Shown here: one piece after another, positions 50,721-60,097 of the stretch
Layout of the letters: each line of letters starts with the position of its first letter
Numbering within the stretch: position 1 is the first letter of the stretch
DNA from: Candidatus Omnitrophota bacterium
Lineage (GTDB): Bacteria > Omnitrophota > Gorgyraeia > Gygaellales > Profunditerraquicolaceae
Length of the DNA: 64,000 bases
NCBI GenBank assembly: GCA_030650425.1
Contig: JAUSED010000003.1
Location: forward strand, 263,903-327,902
Reading direction: 5' to 3'
Made by a program: the position numbers and the translations under genes
The notes under the pieces: model-generated
The model's input: the letters and a program-made list of their open reading frames with translations, nothing else
What the model was told of the DNA's origin: nothing
The model's database searches: none

Positions 50721-51651
50721 GCGTTTTTTGATCAGCGTTCATACCAGTCCCGAGGGAGATGCTTTAGGGTCGGAGTTGGCCATTTATTATTTACTGAGAA
50801 AGTTAGGGAAGCAGGCAGTCATTATCAATGAAGATCCTTTGCCGCAAGAATATAGTTTTTTCCCGGGTAAGGAGAATTTAAGAATTTATAAACCGGGTTT
50901 AAAAGAGATTGATTTTGATTGTATGGTTATTCTTGATTGCACGGATTTAAGCCGGATCGGAGAGGTGCAATCATTAAATAAGGGGAATAAGCCGGTTATT
51001 AACATCGATCACCATATAAGCAATAAGCAATTCGGGACGGTCAATTTGGTCGAACCCTATGCATCTTCGGCTTCTGAGCTGGTTTTTAATCTTTATAAAG
51101 AAATACGCGTGCCTTTTGATGAGGATTCGGCTATACTCTTGTATACCGGTATGCTTACGGATACCGGCTCATTCCGTTATTCCAATACTTCAAGCTCGAC
51201 CCATAAAGCCGCGGCAGAATTATTACGTTTTAATATTAATGCCAATCAGGTTTATAAAAATATTTACGAAAATATTCCTTTTAGTGATATTCAGATATTA
51301 ACTAAAACGCTAGCGCATATTCATAGAGAGAGCGCCGGAAGCATCGCGTGGGTGGAGGCGCGGGCAAAATTATTAAGGCATAAGAAATTATCTTTCGATC
51401 TGACCGATCATATCTTGGGTTTTCTACGGGCGATAAAAGGTACTCAGGTAGCGGTGTTATTCAAAGAAAATCTTGGCGTAAGAAACGAGATCCGGGTAAA
51501 CTTGAGGTCAACGGGTTTAGCCGATGTGAATAAAGTCGCCTTAGCCTTCGGCGGGGGAGGTCATAAAACCGCTTCCGGGTGCACTGTTAGCGGTAAGCTC
51601 GCGGATGTACGCAGAAAAGTCATCGCTAAAATCCGGGAGGAATTAGGATAG
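50671..51651 (+). CDS. nrnA: bifunctional oligoribonuclease / pAp phosphatase NrnA (DHH-DHHA1)
   Basis: DHH motif INIDHHISN and DHHA1 GGGGHKTASG. ATG at 50671 after an AAGGAG RBS; overlaps the rbfA tail by ~50 nt in another frame. The track's 50668 is an in-frame TTG. Confidence 0.85.
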   Translation: MERKSLKKVVAEIKKHKRFLISVHTSPEGDALGSELAIYYLLRKLGKQAVIINEDPLPQEYSFFPGKENLRIYKPGLKEIDFDCMVILDCTDLSRIGEVQSLNKGNKPVINIDHHISNKQFGTVNLVEPYASSASELVFNLYKEIRVPFDEDSAILLYTGMLTDTGSFRYSNTSSSTHKAAAELLRFNINANQVYKNIYENIPFSDIQILTKTLAHIHRESAGSIAWVEARAKLLRHKKLSFDLTDHILGFLRAIKGTQVAVLFKENLGVRNEIRVNLRSTGLADVNKVALAFGGGGHKTASGCTVSGKLADVRRKVIAKIREELG

Positions 51652-51709
51652 CTTAAGGGGACACTTTCCTACACGTGTTTACTACTTGTTGGAAAGTGTC
51701 CCCTTAAGC
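51651..51709. repeat. GGGGACA-family palindromic element (19-nt perfect arms, 21-nt loop) between nrnA and ribF
   Basis: GCTTAAGGGGACACTTTCC-tacacgtgtttactacttgtt-GGAAAGTGTCCCCTTAAGC. It starts at the nrnA stop codon and has no U-tract. Confidence 0.8.
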
Positions 51710-51726
51710 ACGATGAATGCAGAAAA

Positions 51727-52647
51727 ATGAAAATTATTTACGGTATAAATAATATTAAGAAACTTAGAAAGCCGGTGATAGCGATAGGGGTCTTTGACGG
51801 CGTGCACCGCGGGCACCGCGAGGTTCTGGAGGCCGCGGTAAACAAAGCTCATGAAATCGGAGGCGAAAGCGTTGTGCTAACCTTCTGGCCGCATCCGCAG
51901 AAAGAAGAGAGCCTGTATTCGCTCGAACATAGAGAGCGGCTTATCGCTGAACTGGGTATCGATGTTTGCGTGGTGATTAATTTTAGCCGGCATTTTGCTG
52001 AAATTAAAGCCGAAGATTTTATAAAAGATATTTTGGCGGATAAGATAGGCGCGGCGTATGCCTATGTAGGAAGAAATTTTCGATTTGGGGAGAAGGCGAA
52101 AGGTGATTTAGCTCTTTTACAGAAATTAGGTAAAGTCTATGGTTTTAGGGCGAGAGGTTTTAATATTATTAAAGTAAGAGGAGTAGCGATAAGCAGCACT
52201 CTGATCCGTAAGCTAATCAAACAGGGGAAGATTAAAGAAGCAGAGAGGTTATTGGCTCGTCCGGTAAGTATTTTGGGGACAGTGATCAAGGGGACAAAAA
52301 TCGGCAGGATCTTAGGATTTCCGACGGCTAACATTAATCCGCATCATGAAGTAATTCCTGCTGGAGGCATATATGCCGTAAGGATATTTTTAGATAATCA
52401 TAAATTTAAAGGCGCCTGTTATATTGGGACAAGGCCTACGATTGGTATGGGAAGCAGAGAAGAGAGTATAGAAAAAAAGACAAGCGTAGAGGTTTACATA
52501 TTCGATTTCCATAAAAAAATTTACGGAAAATATCTGGAGATTCGCTTCGTTAAAAGAATCCGGCCGGATAAAAAATTTCCTTCTTTAGCCATCCTGGCAA
52601 AGCAAATCAAAAAAGACGTAACTAGGGTTGAGAAAATACTCTCCTAA
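51727..52647 (+). CDS. ribF: bifunctional riboflavin kinase / FMN adenylyltransferase
   Basis: 306 aa. N-terminal FAD synthetase (GVFDGVHRGH) and C-terminal riboflavin kinase domain. Confidence 0.9.
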   Translation: MKIIYGINNIKKLRKPVIAIGVFDGVHRGHREVLEAAVNKAHEIGGESVVLTFWPHPQKEESLYSLEHRERLIAELGIDVCVVINFSRHFAEIKAEDFIKDILADKIGAAYAYVGRNFRFGEKAKGDLALLQKLGKVYGFRARGFNIIKVRGVAISSTLIRKLIKQGKIKEAERLLARPVSILGTVIKGTKIGRILGFPTANINPHHEVIPAGGIYAVRIFLDNHKFKGACYIGTRPTIGMGSREESIEKKTSVEVYIFDFHKKIYGKYLEIRFVKRIRPDKKFPSLAILAKQIKKDVTRVEKILS

Positions 52648-52732
52648 TTAGCGAAAATACCACAATATCTGGCTATCCTGCCGCCAATATCCACTACTTA
52701 TTGTTTTATAACCAGTTAGGTAAAATTTCCCC

Positions 52733-52761
52733 TTGACAAAGTGGAGTATTTTCTTTATACT
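52733..52761 (+). promoter_or_regulatory. consensus-like sigma70 promoter TTGACA-17-TATACT of the mraZ/dcw operon
   Basis: TTGACA at 52733-52738 and TATACT at 52756-52761. Confidence 0.55.
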
Positions 52762-52771
52762 TTACATACTA

Positions 52772-52797
52772 GTGGAGTAAAGTGGTGTAAGGTGGAA
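52772..52797 (+). promoter_or_regulatory. MraZ operator: three direct GTGG repeats spaced exactly 10 bp apart
   Basis: GTGGAGTAAA-GTGGTGTAAG-GTGGAAGG between the -10 and the mraZ RBS. This matches the known MraZ-box arrangement (direct GTGGG/TGGGN repeats with 10-bp periodicity). Confidence 0.6.
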
Positions 52798-52808
52798 GGA
52801 GCTAAGCC

Positions 52809-53246
52809 ATGTTTTATGGCGAATATCTGCATTCAATAGACCGCAAGGGACGCTTAATCTTGCCTGCCAAATTTCGGGAAGCTGCCAAGGCGCATTTCGT
52901 CGAAAAATTCTTTGTTACACGCGGGTTAGACAACTGCCTTTTTATGTTTGCTGAAGAAGAATGGCGGACGCAGGAATCTAAATTTAAAGCTATACCTTTC
53001 ACTAAAGCCGAAGCCCGTAAATTTAACCGCCTTTATTTCTCTGGCGCGGTTGAAATAACTTTTGATACGCAAGGAAGGATTCTCTTGCCGCAGTACTTAA
53101 AAGATTTTGCCGAGATCAAGAAAGACGTAGTCGTCGTCGGGGTTTCAAACCGCATTGAAATTTGGGCTAAAGATAAGTGGTCGGAATTTTATGGAAATTC
53201 CCGGCAGTCTTTTGAAGAGATCGCTGAGAAGTTGATGGATGCCTGA
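52809..53246 (+). CDS. mraZ: transcriptional regulator MraZ
   Basis: 145 aa. MFYGEYLHSIDRKGRLILPAKFRE and a second DxxxR repeat. Confidence 0.9.
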   Translation: MFYGEYLHSIDRKGRLILPAKFREAAKAHFVEKFFVTRGLDNCLFMFAEEEWRTQESKFKAIPFTKAEARKFNRLYFSGAVEITFDTQGRILLPQYLKDFAEIKKDVVVVGVSNRIEIWAKDKWSEFYGNSRQSFEEIAEKLMDA

Positions 53247-54141
53247 TATAACAATTCACACCCCCGCGATGCGCGCTGAGGTGTTAACTTATTTAGATTT
53301 AAAACCCGGTAAAACTATAGTGGACGCGACAGTCGGAACTGCCGGGCATAGTTTCGCGATATTAGAGCGGATTCTCCCTGGAGGAAGGCTCATCGGCATA
53401 GACCGCGACGAAGCGTCTTTAGCGCTCGCGCGGGAACGCCTGAGCCAATTTGGGTCTGCTTATGAATTAATTCACGGAAACTTCGTGGATCTAGATACGC
53501 TCTTAGAAAATCTGGGAGTTAAATCAGTAGACGGTATTCTTTTTGACTTGGGCATTTCTTCTTTTCAGCTGTTGGATGCCTCGCGTGGTTTTAGCTTTCA
53601 GGCTGATGGCCCGCTGGATATGCGCATGGATAAAGATAGCTACATATCGGCATACGATCTGATAAATAACCTGAACGAAGAAGAGCTCTCAACTTTATTA
53701 TGGAATTTCGGTGAGGAGAGGTGGCATAACCGTATTGCCCGCTTGATCGCGCGGGAGAGGGAGAAAAAACCTATTACTACTACCGCGGAATTAGCTAATA
53801 TCGTAGTAAGATCTATACCCTCGAGATACCGTCACCGGTATTACCGGATACATCCGGCAACCCGCACATTTCAGGCAGTGCGTATTGCCGTCAACAGAGA
53901 GTTAGAGATATTAGAAGCCGCGGTAAATAAAGCAATAGCAATTTTGAATAAAAAATCCAGGATATGCGTTATTTCGTTTCACTCTCTGGAAGACCGGATC
54001 ATAAAATTCGCGTTCCGTAAGGCGGAGTCCGACGGATTGATTAATATTTTAACATCTAAACCATTAACGCCGCTTACTTTGGAGGTAGAGGCGAACCGGG
54101 CGAGCCGTTCGTCCAAGCTCAGGGCGGCAGAAAGAATTTAA
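53239..54141 (+). CDS. rsmH: 16S rRNA (cytosine1402-N4)-methyltransferase
   Basis: 300 aa. ...VDATVGTAGHS...GILFDLGISSFQLD... is typical of RsmH/MraW. Confidence 0.9.
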   Translation: MPDITIHTPAMRAEVLTYLDLKPGKTIVDATVGTAGHSFAILERILPGGRLIGIDRDEASLALARERLSQFGSAYELIHGNFVDLDTLLENLGVKSVDGILFDLGISSFQLLDASRGFSFQADGPLDMRMDKDSYISAYDLINNLNEEELSTLLWNFGEERWHNRIARLIAREREKKPITTTAELANIVVRSIPSRYRHRYYRIHPATRTFQAVRIAVNRELEILEAAVNKAIAILNKKSRICVISFHSLEDRIIKFAFRKAESDGLINILTSKPLTPLTLEVEANRASRSSKLRAAERI

Positions 54142-54146
54142 AAGGT

Positions 54147-54515
54147 ATGAGACTGAATAAATTTTTATCCATGATTATCTGCGTTACGCTTTTCTCGTTA
54201 TTTTACGTTTATCAGCAGACCGAAATCTTAAGGTTCGCTTACAGTGAACAGAAGCAGAAGGTTATTTTTCAGGAACTGTTGGATAAGAACAGTATTTTAA
54301 GATATAATATCGAAAAGAACTGTTCTTTGGTGAATATCGGTTCAAGCGTAGCTAATCGTTCGGATTTTCAGATGCCCGATAAATACCAGCTGGTAAGGTT
54401 AGTTCCTTCTAAGCAAGGATTGATTTTTGCCGCAGGTTCATCTAGTAAGGAAACTTTATTGTCGCGCGTCTTCGGCATCAAAAGACAGGCCGAAGCCCGG
54501 ACAATCAATCAATAA
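54147..54515 (+). CDS. ftsL: cell division protein FtsL-like (single-TM coiled-coil)
   Basis: 122 aa. N-terminal TM segment, and its position between rsmH and ftsI in the dcw cluster. Sequence is not strongly diagnostic. Confidence 0.6.
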   Translation: MRLNKFLSMIICVTLFSLFYVYQQTEILRFAYSEQKQKVIFQELLDKNSILRYNIEKNCSLVNIGSSVANRSDFQMPDKYQLVRLVPSKQGLIFAAGSSSKETLLSRVFGIKRQAEARTINQ

Positions 54516-54533
54516 TCTTAATCAAGAGTTAAT

Positions 54534-56264
54534 GTGTATATAAGCAATTATCGCCGCAAGGCCGAGGCGGTATTTTTATTTGTTCTCTTCTTTTTAATTC
54601 TCTGTATTGGCAGGCTCCTCTACATACAATTCTTTAATTCCGCGTATCTGGCCGATATCGCCAGAAAACAACATAACTTTTTCGTGGAATTAGAGCCTTT
54701 GCGCGGTGTTATCTACGACACTAATTTTAAACCACAGACACTGAATTTACCCGCTGATTCTCTTTACGCTTCACCCAACAATATTAAGGATAATGATAAA
54801 GAGCGGATTATTCGTTCACTCTCTAGCATATTGAACTTTAACCCGGATTATTTGAGGGATAGGTTGAATCGTAAGAAGTCTTTTGTCTGGATAGCGCGCA
54901 AGATAACACCCGAACAGGCTCAAGCAGTAAAAAAATTAAATATCAAAGGATTGGGTTTTTTGCGCGAAAGTAAACGCAGCTATCCGAATACGTATTTAGC
55001 CAGCCAGATCATTGGTTTTGCCGGTTTGGATAATACAGGGTTAGAAGGAATTGAGCTTTATCTGGATAAGTATTTAAGGGGGGAACCGGGTTGGGCCATA
55101 TACTTAAGAGATGCGCGGCAAAAGAGACTGGATATTTGGGAGAAAATGGTTCTGCCTAAAGATGGCGATGATATAGTTTTAACTATTGATCAGGTAATCC
55201 AGTATATAGCCGAGCGCGAGCTCGATAAAGCGTTTAAGGAGTTCCACGCCAAAGGCGCAAGTATCATCGTTTTGGATCCGCATACAGGGAGAATTTTGGC
55301 TTTAGCCAACAGGCCTTCTTATGATTTAAATGAGCATAGTAATGTGAGTAAAGATGAAAAGCGGAATCGCGCGATCTGTGATTTATTCGAACCGGGTTCA
55401 GTATTCAAGATTGTTACTGCCTCAGCCGCTTTGGAGGAAAAGAGGGTCACCGAAGAAGACAGGTTCTTTTGCGAAAATGGTTCTTACCGGGTTGCTAACC
55501 ACATTTTACATGATCACACTCCGCATGGTTGGCTCACTTTCAGGGAAGTTATCGAAGAATCGAGTAATATCGGAACGACAAAAATCGCCCAGGTGCTCGG
55601 GTCGGAGATCGTATATAAATATGTCAGGTTATTCGGATTTGGTTCGAAGCTGGGGATAGATTTGCCGGGAGAGATATCTGGAATGATCAAAGAGCCGCGG
55701 TATTGGTCTAAGACTTCTATAGGCGCTGTTCCTATCGGACAGGAGGTAGGCGTAACTGCTTTGCAGTTAGCTAGCGCATTTTCCGTAATCGCCAACGGCG
55801 GCCAGCTGATGAAGCCTTATATTATCGAAGAGGTTCGCGACAAGCAGGGAGAAGTGATCAGAAAAGCGCAACCTAAATTAATCCGTAAGGTTCTATCCCT
55901 GGATACCGCTGCTCGTATGACTAAGATGCTTACCGGGGTAGTAGAAGAAGGGACAGGGAAAATGGCTCAGATTCCCGGGGTTACTTCTGCCGGTAAGACC
56001 GGCACAGCCCAGAAATTAGACTCTAATGGCGCGTATTCGCATAATAAATTTGTAGCCTCATTCGTCGGCTTCGCTCCGGTGGAGGATCCGCTGGTTACTA
56101 TTGTCGTTTCCTTAGATGAACCACATCCATCTTATTACGGAGGGGTGGTCGCTGCCCCGGTTTTTAGTGCCGTTGCCGGCGATGTGGTCAGGTATTTAAA
56201 AACCAAGCAGGCTTTATTCAGTAACGAAGAATATAATTTAAATGCGCGTAGAAGAATTAACTAA
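54534..56264 (+). CDS. ftsI: peptidoglycan D,D-transpeptidase FtsI (PBP3, class B)
   Basis: 576 aa. TM anchor, dimerisation domain and transpeptidase motifs SVFK, SSN, KTGT. Confidence 0.9.
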   Translation: MYISNYRRKAEAVFLFVLFFLILCIGRLLYIQFFNSAYLADIARKQHNFFVELEPLRGVIYDTNFKPQTLNLPADSLYASPNNIKDNDKERIIRSLSSILNFNPDYLRDRLNRKKSFVWIARKITPEQAQAVKKLNIKGLGFLRESKRSYPNTYLASQIIGFAGLDNTGLEGIELYLDKYLRGEPGWAIYLRDARQKRLDIWEKMVLPKDGDDIVLTIDQVIQYIAERELDKAFKEFHAKGASIIVLDPHTGRILALANRPSYDLNEHSNVSKDEKRNRAICDLFEPGSVFKIVTASAALEEKRVTEEDRFFCENGSYRVANHILHDHTPHGWLTFREVIEESSNIGTTKIAQVLGSEIVYKYVRLFGFGSKLGIDLPGEISGMIKEPRYWSKTSIGAVPIGQEVGVTALQLASAFSVIANGGQLMKPYIIEEVRDKQGEVIRKAQPKLIRKVLSLDTAARMTKMLTGVVEEGTGKMAQIPGVTSAGKTGTAQKLDSNGAYSHNKFVASFVGFAPVEDPLVTIVVSLDEPHPSYYGGVVAAPVFSAVAGDVVRYLKTKQALFSNEEYNLNARRRIN

Positions 56265-57678
56265 ATTAATAAAAAACCGTAAGGTCAGCGGCATAAGCTC
56301 TAATTCCAAGACCATCAGGAAAAATTTTATTTTTGTAGCGGTAAAAGGTTCGCAGATTGACGGAAGCAAATTTATTGGGGAGGCACTCGCCAAGGGTGCC
56401 AAGTTTATCGTCTGCGATTCAAACGTTAAGATAAAATATTCTGGCCCTGTGAAGTTTATAAGAGTTAAAGATACGCGTTTTGCCTTAGCCAGGCTCGCCG
56501 CTTGTTTTTACAATGATCCGTCTGAGAAGATTAAGGTCATCGGGATTACCGGGACTAACGGTAAGACTACGATCAGCTATTTGCTTGAGGCGATCCTGAA
56601 AGAATCAGAAGCTTATCCGGGGGTAATCGGAACAGTTAACTATCGTTATAAAAATAAAGTCATCCCGGCGAAGAATACCACTCCCGGCCCCGTAGAAATT
56701 CAATCGCTCTTGGCAGATATGGCCAAGGGAGGTATCGACTATGCCGCCATGGAAGTCTCTTCGCACGCCCTGGATCAGGATAGGGTGGAGGGTGTAAATT
56801 TTCATTCGGCAATATTTACAAATTTAACTCAGGACCACTTGGATTATCATAAAACCATCAAGGATTATTTTAATGCTAAGGCAAAATTATTTAAGCAGAT
56901 CAGCCCGCAATCATTTGTTGTAATTAATAACGACGATAAATACAGTCTAAGGTTAAAGAAAATTACGCCCGCTAAAATAATCACTTATGGTATAAAAAAC
57001 AGGGCGGATCTGAGAGCGCAAGATATTAAATTTGATATCAATTACACAGAATTTAATTTGTTCCTGCGCGCCAGAAGGATAAAATTTAGGATAAAATTAA
57101 TCGGCAGGCATAATATTTATAATATGCTAGCTGCCTGCGCTTGGGGAATAAAGGAAGGCATAGCCTTAAAAATTATAAAGCGCGCGTTGGAAAAATTTTC
57201 TTCCGTTCCGGGAAGGCTTGAGCGCATAAATTCTAAAAAAGGATTTTGTGTCTTTATCGATTACGCGCATACTGATGACGCGTTAAAAAATTGCCTTAAG
57301 GCATTAAGGCAATTTTCACCCAAAAGGATTATTACGCTTTTTGGCTGTGGGGGCGAACGCGATAAGCTTAAGCGTCCAAAGATGGGAAAAGTCGTAACCA
57401 GTTTATCGGATTTGGCGGTGATTACCAGTGATAATCCCCGCTCAGAGGACCCCGGGGATATAATCAAGGATATTGAAAAAGGCATCAAGAGGAGTAACTA
57501 TCGAGTGATCCTTGAGAGAGGAAAAGCAATTCAAAAAACTTTATTACTGGCGAGAGCCGGCGATATCGTTTTATTGGCAGGTAAGGGCCATGAGCATTAT
57601 CAGGTGCTTAAAGATAAAACTATACATTTTGATGATAAAGAGGAAGCTAGGCTATGTTTACAATCGCTGAATTATTAA
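56242..57678 (+). CDS. murE: UDP-N-acetylmuramoyl-L-alanyl-D-glutamate--2,6-diaminopimelate ligase
   Basis: 478 aa. Mur ligase P-loop GITGTNGKTT and DNPR motif (meso-DAP specificity). Confidence 0.9.
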   Translation: MRVEELTKLIKNRKVSGISSNSKTIRKNFIFVAVKGSQIDGSKFIGEALAKGAKFIVCDSNVKIKYSGPVKFIRVKDTRFALARLAACFYNDPSEKIKVIGITGTNGKTTISYLLEAILKESEAYPGVIGTVNYRYKNKVIPAKNTTPGPVEIQSLLADMAKGGIDYAAMEVSSHALDQDRVEGVNFHSAIFTNLTQDHLDYHKTIKDYFNAKAKLFKQISPQSFVVINNDDKYSLRLKKITPAKIITYGIKNRADLRAQDIKFDINYTEFNLFLRARRIKFRIKLIGRHNIYNMLAACAWGIKEGIALKIIKRALEKFSSVPGRLERINSKKGFCVFIDYAHTDDALKNCLKALRQFSPKRIITLFGCGGERDKLKRPKMGKVVTSLSDLAVITSDNPRSEDPGDIIKDIEKGIKRSNYRVILERGKAIQKTLLLARAGDIVLLAGKGHEHYQVLKDKTIHFDDKEEARLCLQSLNY

Positions 57679-59000
57679 AAGCCGCGGGAGGTTTGCTCGT
57701 TTCGGGTGACGCTGGTATTATCGTCGAAGGGATTTCTATTGATTCGCGCAGTGTTAAAAAAAATGAGGCCTTTCTCGCGATTAAGGGGGAAAGGTTCGAT
57801 GGCCATGATTTTATCGATGAGGTAGTTAGCAAAGGGGTTAAGTGCGTCATAGCCGAGGAAGAAAGGAAGAGATACGGCGCATCCTTTATTCAGGTTAAAG
57901 ATACAACGAAGGCCTTGGGGGATATCGCCCGGTTTAACCGGAATAGATTTAAACATATTCCGCTTATCGCGGTCACCGGCTCTAATGGGAAAACTACGGT
58001 TAAGGAGATGATTGCCTGGATCCTCTCCAGCAAATTCAAAGTGCTTAAAAACGAGGGGACCAAGAATAATCAGATCGGGCTTCCGCTTACCTTGCTTAAA
58101 CTGGATAACTCCTATGATTTAGCGGTGTTAGAGATAGGGACAAACCACTTCGGAGAAGTAAGTTATCTTAGTAAGATAGCCCGGGCAAATATCGGCGTGA
58201 TCACTAATATCGGCCCATCGCATCTGGAATACCTTAAGAATTTAAAGGGAGTTTTTAAGGAAAAATACGCGTTGCTTAGGAATCTTAAGCAACCCGCCAT
58301 CGCCATACTAAATACTGACGATAAGTTCTTAAGGAAAGAGGCGCTTAAAAAAAGAAAAACACCTTTTGTCCTGGGGGCAGGGATTGAGAAGGCAAGCGAT
58401 TTCTCCGCTGGCGGAGTTAAATATATTTCAGGCAAACCCAGCTTTGTGCTTAACAAAAGATTTAGCTTTGCATTACCGTCATTAGGGTATTATAATATCT
58501 ACAATAGCTTACTGGCTATAGCCACGGCCAGGATTTTTGGTTTAGGATACAGGGATATCTCTTTTCGTTTATCCCGCTTCGATCTTCCTAAAAGCCGGCT
58601 AAATTTCATAGAAATAAAAGGGATAAGTTTTATTGACGACACGTACAATTCTAACCCCCTTTCGATGAAACAGGCTTTAGGAGTTTTAGGGAATTTTTCC
58701 AGCCGCGGCAGAAAAATTATGGTTATGGGAGATATGCTTGAATTGGGCGCTCAAAGCATATCCTTACACGCAGATGTAATAAAAGAAGCGCTTAAGCTTG
58801 CCGATACATTGATTACCGTCGGCCCGCTTACTAAATCTTGCTTAGTTAAAGTAAACGCCGCCAAAAATAATATATTTGCCTGTCAAACTTCATCCGAAGC
58901 CAGGGAGATCTTATTTAAAAGAGTATGCGTGGGGCCTGAGGATATTGTTTTAGTCAAGGGTTCCCGGGGGATGAAGATGGAAGAGGTTTTTAAGATATAG
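57654..59000 (+). CDS. murF: UDP-N-acetylmuramoyl-tripeptide--D-alanyl-D-alanine ligase
   Basis: 448 aa. Mur ligase P-loop VTGSNGKTT. Position after murE. Confidence 0.9.
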   Translation: MFTIAELLKAAGGLLVSGDAGIIVEGISIDSRSVKKNEAFLAIKGERFDGHDFIDEVVSKGVKCVIAEEERKRYGASFIQVKDTTKALGDIARFNRNRFKHIPLIAVTGSNGKTTVKEMIAWILSSKFKVLKNEGTKNNQIGLPLTLLKLDNSYDLAVLEIGTNHFGEVSYLSKIARANIGVITNIGPSHLEYLKNLKGVFKEKYALLRNLKQPAIAILNTDDKFLRKEALKKRKTPFVLGAGIEKASDFSAGGVKYISGKPSFVLNKRFSFALPSLGYYNIYNSLLAIATARIFGLGYRDISFRLSRFDLPKSRLNFIEIKGISFIDDTYNSNPLSMKQALGVLGNFSSRGRKIMVMGDMLELGAQSISLHADVIKEALKLADTLITVGPLTKSCLVKVNAAKNNIFACQTSSEAREILFKRVCVGPEDIVLVKGSRGMKMEEVFKI

Positions 59001-60089
59001 ATGTTCTATAATCTACTTTATCCGCTTCACGATTTAATCTCCGCCTTTAATATCTTCCGCTATATTACTTTCCGGGCAGGGATGGCTGTGCTCACCAGTT
59101 TTATGATCAGCCTTATACTCGGGCCATTAATCATCAGAAGACTGAGAGCGCTAAAAGTCGGAGAAAAGATTAATAAAGGCGATAGCGCGAGATTAGACGA
59201 TTTGCACCGTTTGAAAAGCGATACCCCGACTATGGGCGGAATCATGATCCTGGCGGCGATAGTCTTGGCTACTCTTTTATGGGCGGATCTTTCAAACCAA
59301 TATATCTGGGTTGTTCTTTTTAGCACCCTTTGGCTTGGCCTAACCGGCTTTGCCGATGATTATTTGAAACAAACAAAAAAGAAGGCGAAGGGTTTAAGCG
59401 CAAAGGCTAAGATTACCAGTCAAATTATCCTAGGCTTGATACTGGGGGTAATTTTTTTGACCTACTTCCAAGATAGCTTGAAACTCGATGTTCCTTTTAT
59501 TAAAGGCTTGGCTTTAGATTTGGATGGGCTTTATATAATCTTCGTGATTTTGGTTGTTGCCGGGACTTCCAACGCGGTTAATCTTACTGATGGCTTAGAC
59601 GGGCTGGCTATCGGGATAGTGGTTATGGTTGCTTTAACTTTTAGTATTTTGAGCTATGTTTCGGGAAACGTGAAACTAAGCGAATACCTTTTAGTCCCCT
59701 ACCTTAAAGGAAGCGGAGAGCTTACGGTTTTCTGCGCCAGTATATTCGGCGCGGGATTAGGATTTCTTTGGTTTAACTGTTATCCCGCGTCTATTTTTAT
59801 GGGGGATGTAGGCTCCTTAGCTTTAGGTGGCGCCTTGGGGACAGTTGCTTTATTAATCCGTAAAGAATTGCTTTTAGTGATTGTAGGCGGAATATTTGTG
59901 ATTGAGGCGCTCTCCGTTATCCTACAGGTGGGCTCTTTCCGCCTGACCAAGAAACGTATTTTTAAGATCGCGCCGCTCCACCATCACTTTCAATTTCTCA
60001 ACTGGCCGGAGAATAAAGTCATTGTCAGATTCTGGATTATTGCCGTGCTTTTAGCGCTTTTAACCATAGTCACTCTAAAGATCCGTTAA
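59001..60089 (+). CDS. mraY: phospho-N-acetylmuramoyl-pentapeptide-transferase
   Basis: 362 aa polytopic membrane protein with NAVNLTDGLDGLA and HHHF motifs. Confidence 0.95.
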   Translation: MFYNLLYPLHDLISAFNIFRYITFRAGMAVLTSFMISLILGPLIIRRLRALKVGEKINKGDSARLDDLHRLKSDTPTMGGIMILAAIVLATLLWADLSNQYIWVVLFSTLWLGLTGFADDYLKQTKKKAKGLSAKAKITSQIILGLILGVIFLTYFQDSLKLDVPFIKGLALDLDGLYIIFVILVVAGTSNAVNLTDGLDGLAIGIVVMVALTFSILSYVSGNVKLSEYLLVPYLKGSGELTVFCASIFGAGLGFLWFNCYPASIFMGDVGSLALGGALGTVALLIRKELLLVIVGGIFVIEALSVILQVGSFRLTKKRIFKIAPLHHHFQFLNWPENKVIVRFWIIAVLLALLTIVTLKIR

Positions 60090-60097
60090 CTTATTCA

